From contig OZ024742.1 in assembly GCA_964016885.1 (NCBI GenBank), forward strand, positions 127,162,001-127,226,000: a stretch of 64,000 nt of DNA, read 5' to 3'. Origin of the DNA: Eledone cirrhosa. Taxonomy: Eukaryota. The position numbers were made by a program, and so were the translations under genes. A model generated the notes under the pieces. It saw only the letters and a program-made list of their open reading frames with translations, made no database searches and had not been told where the DNA came from. Positions 33,465 to 48,542 of this stretch are shown here, one piece after another; positions within the stretch are counted from its first letter, which is position 1; each line of letters opens with the position of its first letter.

Positions 33465-34579
33465 TCTCTTTTACTCTTTTACCTGTTTCAGCCATCCGGC
33501 TGAGGCCATGCTGGGGCACCGCCCTTGTTGCTACACATTTTATCTCCAGCCTGTATAGGTTGGCCACTGGTGTAGGAGGGAGTTTGTTGCTGCTGCCCTT
33601 AGGTTTCCCTCGTGTCTTGCTGTGGGCTCATCCGGGATCCTGGATAACAAGGTGTCGAGATGTTTCTTAAAGACATCCACCTCCACGTCATGCAAGTCTC
33701 GCAGATGCCTCGGCAGCCTGTTGAAGAGTTGAGGGTCCTTGAATCCCAGGCTATTGCAATACCTGCTCCTTATTCTAGATGTGGAAGACGGGACCTTTGG
33801 CACCACACAGTGACGTCCTGTTCGACGGTTGGTCCAGCTCCCAATGCCAAAGTTTGGTGCTAGTCCCTCCAGGATTTTCCACATGTAGATCACTGCGTAT
33901 CTCTCCCGTCTTCGCTCCAAGGAGTAGAGGTTCAGTTCATTTAGCCTCTCCCCGTAGCTTGTCTCCCTCATCTTGGCAATCCTCTTGGTGTAGCTTCGCT
34001 GGACTGCCTCAAGCTCCGTGGTTAGTTTGACACTATGGGGTGACCACAACTGGGAGCAGTAGTCCAGGAGGCTTAGAACAAATGTCCTCCATAGTGTCAA
34101 CATGATGTCTCGATCTCTTGTCCGGAAAGTCCTCAAGATCCAGCCAGCGAGTCGTCTGTACATTGTCGCCACTTTCATGATGTGTGAAGAAAAAGATGCA
34201 TCATCGCTCATGTCTATGCCCAGGTCTCGTATCGATTTTGACAGGGGGATATCGGTCCCTCCTGGTCCTGTGTAGTTGTGTTCCACTATATTTGTGTTTG
34301 CAAGTTTGTTTGGAGGGTTGTATTGTAGGGCTTGCAATTTGCCAGCATTAAACTGCATGTTGTTTTCTTCCGCCCATTTGTATATGGCATCCAGATCCTG
34401 CTGTAAAAGGGCAGCGTCAGCCGGGTTTTTGATTGTCTGTGCTACCTTAGTGTCATCAGCATAGCTAGTGAGGGATGTTGTTGTATGCACTACAGAGGGC
34501 ATGTCTGAGAGAGCCACCAAAACAGTAGTGGTCCCAGGACTGTCCCCTGGGGCACCCCACTTGTTATTGGTGTTTCCTT

Positions 34580-34581
<2 letters not shown>
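33465..34581 (-). mobile_element. 5'-truncated CR1/L2-group LINE (RT C-terminal half)
   Basis: [13 protein letters not shown] (frameshifted), [23 protein letters not shown], and an (AAAAGAGT)n tail. Confidence 0.88.
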
Positions 34582-34618
<37 letters not shown>

Positions 34619-34622
34619 AAAT

Positions 34623-34669
<47 letters not shown>

Positions 34670-34737
34670 ATATATACATATATATATATACATATATATA
34701 CATACATATATATACATATACATATATATATATATAC

Positions 34738-34786
<49 letters not shown>

Positions 34787-34801
34787 CATATATATATATA
34801 C

Positions 34802-34849
<48 letters not shown>

Positions 34850-34856
34850 CTACATA

Positions 34857-34926
<70 letters not shown>

Positions 34927-34983
34927 TATACATATATATACATATATATATATACATATATATATATACATATATATATATAC

Positions 34984-35039
<56 letters not shown>

Positions 35040-35346
35040 ATATATACATATACATATATATATATACATATATATATATACATATATACATATATATATA
35101 ATATATACATATACATATACATATATATATATGTATATACATATACATATATATATATAAATATGTATATATACATATACATATACATATACATATATAT
35201 ATATATACATATACATATATATATTTACATATATATATATACATATATATATATATACATATAGATATACATATATATATATATACATATACATATACAT
35301 ATACATATATATACATATATATATACATATATATATATACATATAC

Positions 35347-35403
<57 letters not shown>

Positions 35404-35422
35404 CATATATATATACATATAC

Positions 35423-35455
<33 letters not shown>

Positions 35456-35758
35456 CATATACATATATATATACATATATATATACATATATATATACAT
35501 ATACATATATATATACATATATACATATACATATATATATATACATATATTCATATACATATATATATATGCATATACATATATATACATATATATATAC
35601 ATATATATACATATACATATATATATTTATACATATATATACATATACATATATATATACATATATATACATATATATATATACATATATATATATACAT
35701 ATATATATATATACATATATATATATACATATATATATATATACATATACATATATAC

Positions 35759-35789
<31 letters not shown>

Positions 35790-35790
35790 C

Positions 35791-35821
<31 letters not shown>

Positions 35822-36006
35822 CATATATATATACATATATATATATATACATATATATATATACACATATATATATATACATATATATATATACATATAC
35901 ATATATATATACATATATATATATACATATACATACATATATATACATATATATATATATACTTGTATATATATAGATACATATATATACATATATATAT
36001 ACATAC

Positions 36007-36039
<33 letters not shown>

Positions 36040-36164
36040 CATATATATATACATATATATACATATATATATACATATATATATATACATATATATATAC
36101 ATATATATATATACATATATATATACATATATATACATATATATACATATATATACATATATAC

Positions 36165-36197
<33 letters not shown>

Positions 36198-36234
36198 CAT
36201 ATAATTATATACATATATATATATATACATATAC

Positions 36235-36345
<111 letters not shown>

Positions 36346-36387
36346 CAAATATATATATATATACATATATATATATGCATATGTATA

Positions 36388-37421
36388 TATAAGTATGTAC
36401 ACGTACATACATATATGTATACCGACGTACAGTAGTATGTATATTTATATACATACATGCACACATATATATATGTACGTATGGATTCACCGAACATTTA
36501 TTATAATGCTCGGTGTGTTTGTAAACAAACATCCCGTATTAAGCCGTAGTGTCTAGCAACCACCGTTGCTCGTTTGTTCAACACTGACAAAGGAACGCTG
36601 TACTAGTTTCAAGCTTATTAGCTATCGTCAGCAACGTATACCTTCCTGCCAGATTGTTCAACGTATATACTTACCTTATGCATATTAACGGCTGAGTAGC
36701 CAAATTTGCATATCGAGTGGGTTAATCGGCCGGGTACACCGAAAACGATAAACGGAAAAAAATGAAACGAAATTTTATTTCCCACTCTTAGTACGGCTGT
36801 TACTTAAATATAAGTATGTACGCGTACATACATATATGTATACAGACGTACAATAGTATGTATATATATATACATACATGCACACATATATATATATGTA
36901 CGTATGGATTCACCGAACATTTATTATAATGCTCGGTGTGTTTGTAAACAAACATCCCGTATTAAGCCGTAGTGTCTAGCAACCACCGTTGCTCGTTTGT
37001 TCAACACTGACAAAGGAACGCTGTACTAGTTTCAAATTTATTAGCTATCGTCAGCAACGTATACCTTCCTGCCAGATTGTTGAACGTAAATGCTTACCTT
37101 AGGTAAGGTATACGTTGCTGACGATAGCTAATACGGTTGAAACTAGTACGGCGTTCCTTTCTCAGTGTTGAACAAACGAGCAAGGATGGTTACTACACAC
37201 TACGGATTAATATGGGATGTTTGTTTACAAACACACTGAGCATTATAATAAATGTTCGGTGAATCCATACGTACATATATATATGTGTGCATGTATGTAT
37301 ATATATATATACATACTACTGTACGTCTGTATACATATATGTATGTACGTGTAGATACTTATATTTAAGTAACAGCCGTACTAAGTGTGGGAAATGAAAT
37401 TTTGTTTCATTTTACCCGTTT
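36388..37421. mobile_element. Family A-related element: 423-bp tandem on - strand (HHRs 36577-36661, 37000-37084) head-to-head with a + copy (HHR 37105-37172)
   Basis: ACGUUG-CUGACGA-UAGCU..-GAAACUAGUA-CAGCGU. Inversion junction at about 37100. Confidence 0.85.
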
Positions 37422-37433
37422 ATATATATATAC

Positions 37434-37552
<119 letters not shown>

Positions 37553-37559
37553 TATGTAG

Positions 37560-37620
<61 letters not shown>

Positions 37621-37667
37621 CATATATATACATACATATATATACATATACATATATATATATATAC

Positions 37668-37716
<49 letters not shown>

Positions 37717-37731
37717 CATATATATATATAC

Positions 37732-37779
<48 letters not shown>

Positions 37780-37786
37780 CTACATA

Positions 37787-37856
<70 letters not shown>

Positions 37857-37913
37857 TATACATATATATACATATATATATATACATATATATATATACA
37901 TATATATATATAC

Positions 37914-37969
<56 letters not shown>

Positions 37970-38276
37970 ATATATACATATACATATATATATATACATA
38001 TATATATATACATATATACATATATATATAATATATACATATACATATACATATATATATATGTATATACATATACATATATATATATAAATATGTATAT
38101 ATACATATACATATACATATACATATATATATATATACATATACATATATATATTTACATATATATATATACATATATATATATATACATATAGATATAC
38201 ATATATATATATATACATATACATATACATATACATATATATACATATATATATACATATATATATATACATATAC

Positions 38277-38333
<57 letters not shown>

Positions 38334-38352
38334 CATATATATATACATATAC

Positions 38353-38385
<33 letters not shown>

Positions 38386-38462
38386 CATATACATATATAT
38401 ATACATATATATATACATATATATATACATATACATATATATATACATATATATATATATAT

Positions 38463-38503
<41 letters not shown>

Positions 38504-38509
<6 letters not shown>

Positions 38510-38766
38510 GGGTATGACATTAAACTACATCCAGTGACAAGGCTCCAGTTCGGGAGTTCAGGAGATGTGGGGAATGTGGAGTTACCCCTTAGTTGTCATG
38601 ACTCCCAGGTCTGCCCTGGCCCGGGGTGGTAGTACCTGTTAGGGCTCCATTTATGGGTTAAATAACTACCTTATTCGAGTGGCGCCGGTAAGGTATTGTC
38701 AGCCATTGAAAAGAAATATGGAGAGTCGATCTAACAGCACTAGGGTTAGAGCCCCTAATTACACTG
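38504..38766 (+). mobile_element. 5' end only of the RTE LINE
   Basis: Near-identical to 13332-13594, then breaks off. Confidence 0.9.
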
Positions 38767-39471
38767 TAGGACTGTTGGGTGGGTTTTAATGGCGGCGCGA
38801 CCAGCCCCCTGGCGCACGAGCTTACCTGGAGTGCTTGGAAAAATAAATTTCCCCTTCTTTCAGTAAATGAAAATACTCGGCGTAGTTTAATTCGCCATGG
38901 GGCCCGGGGCGCGGCCGGTGTTTTAACCGCCACATAGTACCTTTAAATTACAGAACAAATCGGAACTATTAGATATATCAACCTGAAAATGTTAAACTGT
39001 TGAACTTTAAATTTTCTAACCTCTTTAATATTGAATATTGATTATTAATTTTTTAACTTCATCCTGTAGCCATCAACCCTTACTTTTCTACTTCTCTCTT
39101 CTCTTCCTTCTCTTCTCCCCTCTTCCTGTCTTCCTCCCGCAGACTTATCTTCCTTTCCCCTTTTGCTTGCCTATATCTGACCGGTAGTAGTTGCCTTTCT
39201 TCTTATAGCTGACATTAACCCTGGCTTCTCTTCTTCTTCCTTCCCCTTCTTCTCTCTCCTTCCTTACTTTCTTTTTTTTACCTTGTGGCATGAGATTGAC
39301 GCTAACTTATGTTCCCATCCCTTTCTGTTTTCGTTTATCTGACCGGTAGTAGCATACTGTAAAGTTTAGCCACGTTACTCGAGGGCGACCGGCTGAGGTT
39401 GAAGGAACAGAATAGCGGTCGCCCTCGGGTCCTCGATTTTCAGCCCCATGGATTTTATCTATTACATTCAC

Positions 39472-39547
39472 GTATTATATTTCAAATACCTGATGATATC
39501 ACCGGATTCATACGGAACCCGGTCATTGAAATGATCATAGTATAATA
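39472..39547 (+). ncRNA. Type I hammerhead, family D
   Basis: AUAC-CUGAUGA-UAUcACCGG..CCGGUcAUU-GAAA-UGAUCA-UA-GUAU, followed by AATAAA and (TA)n. Confidence 0.78.
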
Positions 39548-39595
39548 AACCATTCAAGGATTTACACAAATCCAGCCTCCTGTCATTTCATTATG

Positions 39596-39666
<71 letters not shown>

Positions 39667-40241
39667 TTTTGTCTAGTTTATATGTATATACCCTTTAAAT
39701 TTTATATACTCCCGTAAGGTTGAGTAACACTTTAGGCAGTATTCGGCTGCGCTTTCTAGCAACCAGCCTACTCGCCGACAAGCACCAGTCACAAACTTTC
39801 TGCCTTGACCACTAGCCACGTGATGATTCTTAGCCATTTTGAATTCGTTTCTGGCGAGGATCATGTAAGAAAAATCTTTGTCCAATTGAGTTATCTCCTG
39901 ATGATTTCCAACCTCGCTGATTTATCCAAGATCGGATATATTAGTAGAGATATTTTGATGATTTTGGTTAGGTTTATGTACATTTTTCTTCCAACTTTGA
40001 TTTTGTACCTAATTATGTATGGTTAACTATATGTCTAGTCAATTTCTACAGGCTATTAGAAATACTAGGTAAATTTTCTGTAGCTATGAGTCGCGGATAA
40101 GAAGCTATATCATTTATCTGTTGTTTCTTCATCAGTATATTTTAAACTTATAGCCTCGTTTAAATGATTTTTTGTGTGGTTGATTTATGCTGATTGGGAG
40201 AAGAAATACTGTATATATTTTATCTAATGATTCTATGGACT

Positions 40242-40472
<231 letters not shown>

Positions 40473-40474
40473 CA

Positions 40475-40572
40475 GTGAAGGCACGTGGCTGAGTGGTTAG
40501 AGAATTGCATTCGCAATCGTGAGGTTATGAGACCGGGTGATGCGTTACGTCCTTTGGCAAGACACTTTATTT
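40475..40572 (+). mobile_element. Degenerate tRNA-derived SINE head
   Basis: A-box TGGCTGAGTGG and CCTTTGGCAAGACACTTT. Confidence 0.55.
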
Positions 40573-41139
40573 CTACCTGGATTTGCGACCGATAGATTGT
40601 ATTAACAATTGGAAAGACCAATGAAAACCATGTTTCCTCGGTCTGATTTGACGAAAGTCGATCGATTGTCGATATATTATAATAATTTTATGTTCTACGG
40701 TACGGTTTTACCGTTTCGATAGCAAATGAGAAATAAAAGGCACTAGTCCGGTGGAAATTCCAAGTTAAAGGTGTGAAGAAGGTTGCAGAGTCCTTGTCTA
40801 TGGTGAAACGGTAAAAGTTTAAACGTAGGACAGAGAATCCATATAATATCTACACTCTGCTTTACTTATGTGAAGAGTACAAGTTGAATTATAATCAAAA
40901 TATTCTTAAGAAGTAACATCACTCTCTTTCTCTTCATCTATCTATCTATCTATCTGAGGAAGTTGTGTGCCAGTCGAGCTGGTAAGTTTTTGTCTTTTTA
41001 CATATAAAAAGCAAAAATTCTTGTTTTAAAAAATATACCACTGTATAGATTAACCCTCCGACTAAATTGTCAGTGGGTGGGTCATTGAAATTTTCGCATC
41101 GTCAACTATAGATGGTGGTACTCTCTCAAGAGAGCAATT

Positions 41140-41398
41140 AGAGTAGAATCGATAGGGTTTAGCAGAGAATTAGCTTTAGAGAAAAACAAATCAGAAACAG
41201 AACTAGTAGCCAAAGTAGAAGAGGCGCTTAGGAGTGGCAATGCAGCTAGAGTGCTAGCATCGAGAACGGCACTGGACCAGTTCTTCGACGCGAATCACGA
41301 AGGCTGCGTGGTCAGAAGTAAATCACGTGCTCTAGGAAACGAGGAAGCAAAAGCTGTTAGCTGGGCCCGAGTGGCGGAAGCGGAAATTACCGAACCGT
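41140..41398 (+). mobile_element. Tx1/L1-like ORF2 linker fragment
   Basis: Translates as ..ALDQFFDANHEGCVVRSKSRALGNE. Confidence 0.45.
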
Positions 41399-41467
<69 letters not shown>

Positions 41468-41524
41468 ATTTTATATGGGGAAAATAGTTTCTGTTTACGA
41501 GCATTTCGGATGATGAACAACTTT

Positions 41525-41639
<115 letters not shown>

Positions 41640-41897
41640 CTATCTGTATATTTTATGTAATTAATTATTAGGATGAATTTGGTAGTTGCAAAAAGGCGTA
41701 GAAAGGAAAAGAACAGCTCATGTAAGGTTGTAGAAATGAGCTTTGGATTTGGAAGGGTTACTATCACTGGCCAGTTTCTGGTAGAACCACTGATGACTAA
41801 ATTGACGAAAGGCTCTCCTAGTATGTCAACCAACTTAAGGAGGATGTCGCATCGGTGACAAAACTGGCAAAATACAATGAAGTGCAGATGAAAAACA

Positions 41898-42126
41898 TTA
41901 ACCCTTTAGCATTTACATTACTCTATATTTACTATGGTATTGTCATTGTAAAGGTTTTATCTTACATAATTATCTCACATGATAACGATTCTACAAGATT
42001 TTGATATTATTTATTTTGAGAAAAATACCTTAACATAAGTGTGAGCCACCAATTACAACCAGTTTGAACAGAAAGAGGTGAGAGAATTCTGGCCGGATAT
42101 GGCCGGTTTAAATGCTAAAGAGCTAG
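41898..42126. mobile_element. MITE with terminal inverted repeats (piggyBac-like TTAA end)
   Basis: TTAA-CCCTTTAGCATTTA ... TAAATGCTAAAGAG-CTAG. Confidence 0.6.
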
Positions 42127-42379
42127 GGCGCTCTGTCGCTTCCCGAAGCAGGAAGAACGTTTATCATTAGTTCTTACAATGATCTTAACCTACTTTCCCA
42201 ATTTCATTATGTACTTGAACTTTTTCTACAACGATTCAAACCAAGGGAATGAAGTTAGAAAACAAAAGTGAAACTACTTCACTGTTATTGAAGTCTATTA
42301 TATCCGGTATAAAGAGGATAAATAGGAGTAGTTTGTGTTAATACTTTATTGGTTAGAATTGCTTGTAATATCAACTACA

Positions 42380-42607
42380 ATGAAGTGGTTTATCATAGCT
42401 TGCATATTTTTACCGTTACTCTGCAGGAGTCAATCAACAGATGACATAATGACTGAAGGAAAAGTTGGCGACGATATTGTTAAACAAGTCTTACACTTTC
42501 TGGAACCATATATTATACCCTTGCACAGTAAATATCTCCAAGCTTTAGCAGTGATTCGAAGCAATAATGGCGTCCCATATGTAGCTGATGTCGGAGGTAT
42601 ATGGCGG
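42380..42607 (+). CDS. Host gene exon 1 (signal peptide + N-terminal domain)
   Basis: MKWFIIACIFLPLLCRS signal peptide. GTGAGT donor at 42608, phase 0. Confidence 0.8.
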
Positions 42608-42939
42608 GTGAGTATTTTTAATTAACTCAATGAACCCACAGGAATGGCACTTTGTTTATTAGGTACTTTACAATTATATTGAGAATAATTTGATGTTCAG
42701 AGAAATTATTGAGCCCAAGATATGTTCATTTCTAAAATATACACAATGACATACATTTGGGAAAATGTGTATAGTCGATTGTATCAGTCCGTTGCTTGTC
42801 TTATCGACTCGCGGAAGAAAGAAAAACAAAGTTAAAATTGGTGGTATTCGAAATCGGGACGTATTAATATTATTAGTATGGTCCAACTGCAGCTGGTGAC
42901 ACTATGAGGTTCCTCTGTGTATCGCATCACATCATCAAA

Positions 42940-43490
42940 ACACTGCCATGTAGTCCGTCTTCTTCAATGATTTTCTTGAGGGTCAAGTTCAGGTGACCAC
43001 ATCGGAGAACTATAACAAAACTCTCGCAGCAGCTTCACTGCGTCTCATTACATGTCCAGTAACATCTAGACGACGCTTTCTAATGACAGTTGAAATCTTC
43101 GGAGGACAGGCATATAAGAACGTGCTAGTTGTGTGCGACTGCCAAGAGACAGGTTTAGTTACCATCCGACGTTTTTGACAGTGCAGATGTCAGGGTCCAT
43201 GACTCTGAGCCATAAAGAAGGATTGATTCCACAGTGACTTTGAATACCCTGATTTTGGTGGAGCGATTGATTGGTGCTGTCCAGACTTTACGAAGACTGG
43301 ATAGCTCCACAGGCTGACCGATTCGGGTTGAGACATCAGAGAGTTAAAAGATATAACTAGATACCTCATGATATTTTGTCAACTGCTTTTCTGATTTTGC
43401 TCTTTCGTCATATTTTAAAGCTTCCAGTAAGATTAGTTCATCGGAATCAAAAGAGTGAGTTCGTTTTACAATAAAATAATATTTATAATT
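42940..43490 (-). mobile_element. Decayed RTE fragment in intron 1
   Basis: The minus strand encodes YGSESWTLT at about 43187-43213. Confidence 0.6.
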
Positions 43491-43610
43491 CTTTGAGGAA
43501 GAATTAGATAATCAAATTACATCTTACATACTGCTGCAAATCAGCAAAAATATTAATATTTTTATTTCATTATGCATTTTTTCCTAATTTTTTATTTTCT
43601 TATATTCTAG

Positions 43611-43872
43611 GTTAACGTTTCTCAACTGTCTGACGCATTGACTGCTTGCCAAACATGCTTGTTCAACCAATGCAACATTAGTAAAACATTGACAGGCGAA
43701 GATTTCTCTTCATTTGATATCTCTGATCTTGATAAACCCCTATATTCAGCTCTTGCGATGATTTTCTACGTTTTATCTATTCAAGTTGAAGATTATTCAA
43801 AATATTGTAAATTGTTCATCCAACCCCCTGGAGCATCCACTGAACCTTTCAAGCTATTTAATCAACGATCCA
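43611..43872 (+). CDS. Host gene exon 2
   Basis: Polypyrimidine-TAG acceptor, open frame VNVSQL..DLDKPLYSALA, GTGAGT donor in phase 1. Confidence 0.8.
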
Positions 43873-44509
43873 GTGAGTAATATTTCTTCCTTTTATTTTT
43901 CTTCCATATTACTTTACGCTAGCATTATCACTTTTGATACAATTGATCTTTCACCGGTATGAGGAATATCAGTTGATATTTACCGGGGAGGGGGCTATTT
44001 TGAATGCCAGCCGAATTTGCTGTTGTGGTGGTGGTGGTTTCCTCTCTGTTGTTGCTGTTGTTTCTGATAATGATGACGATGATGATGGTGACAACGACGA
44101 CGACGACGATGATGATGATGATGGTGATGATTATACAACTGTTTTCTCAGATAAGATGTTGAAATTCAGGATATTTTGTGATACCGGACCACAACCAGTG
44201 GCCTTAGATATCATTAAATTTGTCTCCATCAATTGTTCATAACTTTCTTGATGATTGGCGTTCTTCTCAAAAGGCAAACTTTCTGTAATAATGCTACATG
44301 GCACTCAATTTATTTTTCCTTTATCAAATGATCAAATTGATGAGTTACTCCTCCCAAGGCAGCTGTCACTACTGGTATCACAAACCGTTTTTAATTTCCT
44401 CAACCGTGCCACCTCGTATTTTAATGGAGTGTTCATTTTGTCTCCTTCAATTCTTCTCTTTTTTTCACTCTTAAATCAAATTAAGGAATTATTATTGTTA
44501 TTATTATTT

Positions 44510-44596
44510 GGCAGTATCGGTAGAGCGCCGGACACCATGCTTTGCAGCATAGTTACGTCCCTTTACGGCCTGAGTTCAAATCCCGCCGAGGTTAAC
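44510..44596 (+). mobile_element. tRNA-derived SINE head
   Basis: B-box GAGTTCAAATCC. Same family as 51912-52087. Confidence 0.65.
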
Positions 44597-46003
44597 TATA
44601 TATAATATATTAACAGTATATATAATATATTAATAGTATATATTATATATTAATTGTATATATAATATATTAACAGTATATATAATATATTAACAGTATA
44701 TATAATATATTAACAATATATATAATAGATTAACAGTATATATAATATATTAACAGTATATATAATATATTAACAGTATATATAATATATTAACGATATA
44801 CATAATATATTAACAATATATATAATAGATTAACAGTATATATAATATATTAACAGTATATATAATATATTAACAATATATATAATATATTAACAGTATA
44901 TATAATATATTAACAGTATATATAATATATTAACAATATATATAATATATTAACAATATATATAATATATTAACAGTATATATAATATATTAACAGTAGA
45001 TATAATATATTAACAGTAGATATATTTCTTTATTTGCCACAAGGGCGCACAAGAAAATGGGACAATACAAAGACACATGCCGGGGATTTTACATACAGTC
45101 GTGTAAAAACATTGAAACAAACAATTATAACAATCGAAATCCCCAATAGGGGGGAGGCGCCACAAATGGGTTGTTTAATACCCCGTCGATAGAACAACCC
45201 TCAACTTCAGGAGCGTGTTGTGCAAGTGATCCTTTCTTCCTTTTGTTCTCTTCTTTAACCTACAGGCTTATAAACAGAGAAGGCCCAATCACTCGGGCCA
45301 TTTTCGCTTCATTCACCCACCTTTCAGTAAATTTACTGGGGTGCAGTGCCTCTCTCTCCATTCTGATTCTCCTTCTAAAGTGATACTTAAAGAAGGGAAT
45401 CAATTGTTGTCCGGAGAGAAAGGCATCTGTCCTGCTCAGTCCTCTCAATCTCGTCCACCATATAACCTCTTTCACCATATCCACTGTACAGAGGAAAACC
45501 GCCTCTCTTTCATTTTTGAAAGAAGTTGGCGGTTTGATCCTTACTATGGACTCGGCAGTCAACTGGATTTGTCCCATACACGACAGCAGTTGTTCAGCAT
45601 AGTTCCACAGGTCGGTTACGCCCGGGCAGTGTACAATTGCGTGCAGGACGGTTTTAATGTCCTGCACGCATCTTGGACACGTCCTCTTGGAAGGATCCCT
45701 GCCGGGGCGTCTGTGCCTGTAGATCTTGTCACGAACTGGTAGAGCTCCTCGGTAGCACTTCCAGGCCAGGGACCTCTGGAAGTTGTCCATGGGTCCCGGG
45801 CGGAAAGTCCTACCAAACAGACTGGTGAGTTTGTCGTCTTCGACGCCTGGAGTCTCTCCGAGCACGTCGTCGCCCTTGTGACGTACTAACCCTCTATAGA
45901 ATGTCGAAGTGGAGTCTCCACTAACAGTAGATATAATATATTAACAGTAGATATAATATATTAACAGTAGATATAATATATTAACAATATATATAATATA
46001 TTC
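44593..46003. repeat. 20-bp minisatellite (TAACAGTATATATAATATAT)n split by a LINE insertion
   Basis: Arrays at 44593-45024 and 45922-46003. Confidence 0.9.
45025..45921 (-). mobile_element. 5'-truncated Tx1/L1-like LINE 3' end
   Basis: zf-RVT-like AWKCYRGALPV..CPRC..TVLHAIVHC, with AATAAA at the 3' end. Confidence 0.8.
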
Positions 46004-46028
46004 TATAATTTCTTTTCCAATTTTTCAG

Positions 46029-46795
46029 AAACTAATATATCAACAATTCCCAAGAAATCTTACACAAGAGAAAACATTACAGCAATAAGATTCTACTTCG
46101 CTCATCCTGACCCTACAAAGTTCATTCAATGCACAGAGTTGGGTACATACTATGTCATGCCGTGCGCACCCGGTACAATTTGGTCACAGAGTGCCTATAC
46201 CTGTGTTATAGATAATGGAAGGCCGGTGACTAAGGATACATCAGAAACAAGCAAAGTAACAAAGCCCACTACACAGTGCACTTTTCTTAAAAATAACCCA
46301 TGTACTAAAGAGAATATTAAAGCTGGCAAGTTCTACTTCGCTCATCCTGATCCTACAAAGTTTATTAAATGTACAGAATGGGGTACATACTACATCATGC
46401 CCTGTGCACCCGGCACAGTTTGGTCACAGAATGTATATACTTGCGTGAGAAGCAATGAAAATACGATGACTGAAACTACGGCAGAAATAATCCCACAAGT
46501 CATTCAAGCAACTATGTCTACACGTATTAAAAATAACCCATGTACTAAAGACAATATAGAAGCTGGCAAGTTCTATTTCGTTCATCCTGATCCTACAAAG
46601 TTCATTCAATGTACGGAGTGGGGTACATATTATGTCATGCCCTGTGCACCCGGTACAATTTGGTCACATACATATTATACATGTATTGATAATTTCGTAG
46701 AATGCAACAGCAGAGAAATAACTACAGCGCCGTCCAGAACTTTCCCTTCCTTTTCATCAACATTTAAAGGGGGTACGAGACGAGAAATTTCATAA
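46029..46795 (+). CDS. Host gene exon 3: three chitin-binding type-2-like repeats; spliced product about 418 aa
   Basis: TTTTTCAG acceptor, phase-compatible with exon 2. Three repeats of FYFAHPDPTKFIQCTEWG..MPCAPGT.WSQ..YTC with Thr-rich linkers. The true 3' end is uncertain. Confidence 0.82.
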
Positions 46796-46805
46796 ATATA
46801 TATTA

Positions 46806-47806
46806 CTAGCAGAATGGCTCGGCGTTGCTTGGGATTCTAAACATAGATTGGCATGTTTATCCCTCCTTTCTGAAATAGTTTCGTCGTATGTTCACCAATT
46901 GATGCAGAAGTCCTAATAAAAAGTGAAGTCGCCTTGGGTGAATAGGCAAATAATTTTCCATTATGATTTTTCAAAAGCATGTAATTGCTTTCCCTCTCTT
47001 TTTTGTTGTTGTTTTTGCTGCTGTTGGTCTGATAGCGGCCGTTGGTCGTACTACTAACTCAGTCTCGTCCTTCTTCAGCCAATCCTTCTTCCTCGTCAGC
47101 AATGAGAACAATATTTGCTCTAGAGTTCTTATATATTTGATATATATTTATCCTTATCGAGCCTCGTGAAATAAATACGTTTGTTTATATTTTGTTATTG
47201 TGTATGCAAAAATATCTGTACACGAATATATAATTATATATATATATAAAAGGAACGATCGACTTTCGTCAAATCGGACCGAGGGAACAATGTTTCCGTT
47301 GGTCTTTCCAATTGCTAATACTATCTATCGGTCGCAACTCCAGGTAGATATATATATATATTAAAATAATAGATTAAAGTTTAAGCAAAGAATCACTGCT
47401 TTCACCCTTAACGAGATCTTCTGAAACTATAAAAATCAATCTGTTAACGCAGAAGTAAATATTTCGAAAACCGTTACACACTATATATATATACACACAC
47501 TATATATACATATACACATACACACACATATAGCGTCATAATGTCGTAATACAAACAGATATTAGAAGGGCGCGACGTTATATCTATGTATCTGTCTAAA
47601 GAGAAAGACTAAGAATTATAGAGAGAGATCGCTAAATCGCGTAATGTGGTCCCTAGGGCATTGAAAATTTGAAATATTGTTTGCTCAAAACACTCACATG
47701 ACCATAAGTATTACATGTGTAAAGTTTGAAAACAATCGGTTGGGTGGTTCTCGAGTTTTAGGGAGTCAGACAGACATTCTCTGTTTTAGATATGACGATA
47801 GATAGA
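46806..47806 (-). mobile_element. Non-autonomous Helitron carrying captured fragments
   Basis: 3' hairpin then CTAG|T. Homologous to 63106-63776. 5' end approximate. Confidence 0.7.
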
Positions 47807-47991
47807 TGACGCCTATCAAGATAATGGGTTGCTTTTGTTTTGTTTTGTTTTGTTTATATGAAACACGCGAACAAATGTCATTTAGGAATTTAAAAAAATA
47901 AAACTTCGGTTCATTCATTTCATTTATTTTTTATCTTCACATATTCATTATAACCGAGAGAATATGATATATCCATAAGAAATATTTATTA

Positions 47992-48542
47992 CTAGCTGAG
48001 GTACCCGGTAATACCCGGGAACGGGGCTATTCCCAGTTCCCATTAAAATGCCCAATGCCTCTCAGACCAAAAATAAATGTTACAGGAAGCAGAGAATATT
48101 AAGTTGATTTAAGGAGAACATTTTAAGCCCACAACAGCTGAAGCAAAATTTTGCTCATCAGTTAATCAAAAATCAGCTTACACTTTACTCTAGTGGTCTG
48201 GATAACTTTCCTTAGCTAAAAGCCATCCTTAACACATAATCTATCTGTGTTTCATGTTTGAAGGAAATTGGTTGAGAGCTTTAAATGTTATGGCAGAAAA
48301 TAACATTCATATGAGCATTTGCATATAAATTTCCTATTCATTTAAAAAAATCGATGCAGACTGGAAATTATCGATTTTTTTTAAAACTTCAAAGTACGTA
48401 GGAAATCAAATGGGCATGAGCCCCACACACGTGTCAAGTTTCATCGAGAAACGTTTGGTAGTTTTTGAGTTTTAGGTTCACAAACTAACAAATCCACAAA
48501 CACACACACAAACAGACAGAAATTGCCATTTATATCTATAGA
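47992..48542 (-). mobile_element. Non-autonomous Helitron
   Basis: A|TC 5' end, CCCGGGTATTACCGGG hairpin, CTAG|T 3' end. Confidence 0.75.

Noticed and set aside
40475-40572. tRNA gene
   Set aside because: No cloverleaf. It is a SINE head, and the same applies at 44510 and about 52000.
40641-40675. CTGAT..GACGAAAGTC as a hammerhead
   Set aside because: Incomplete core. GAAA is just a tetraloop.
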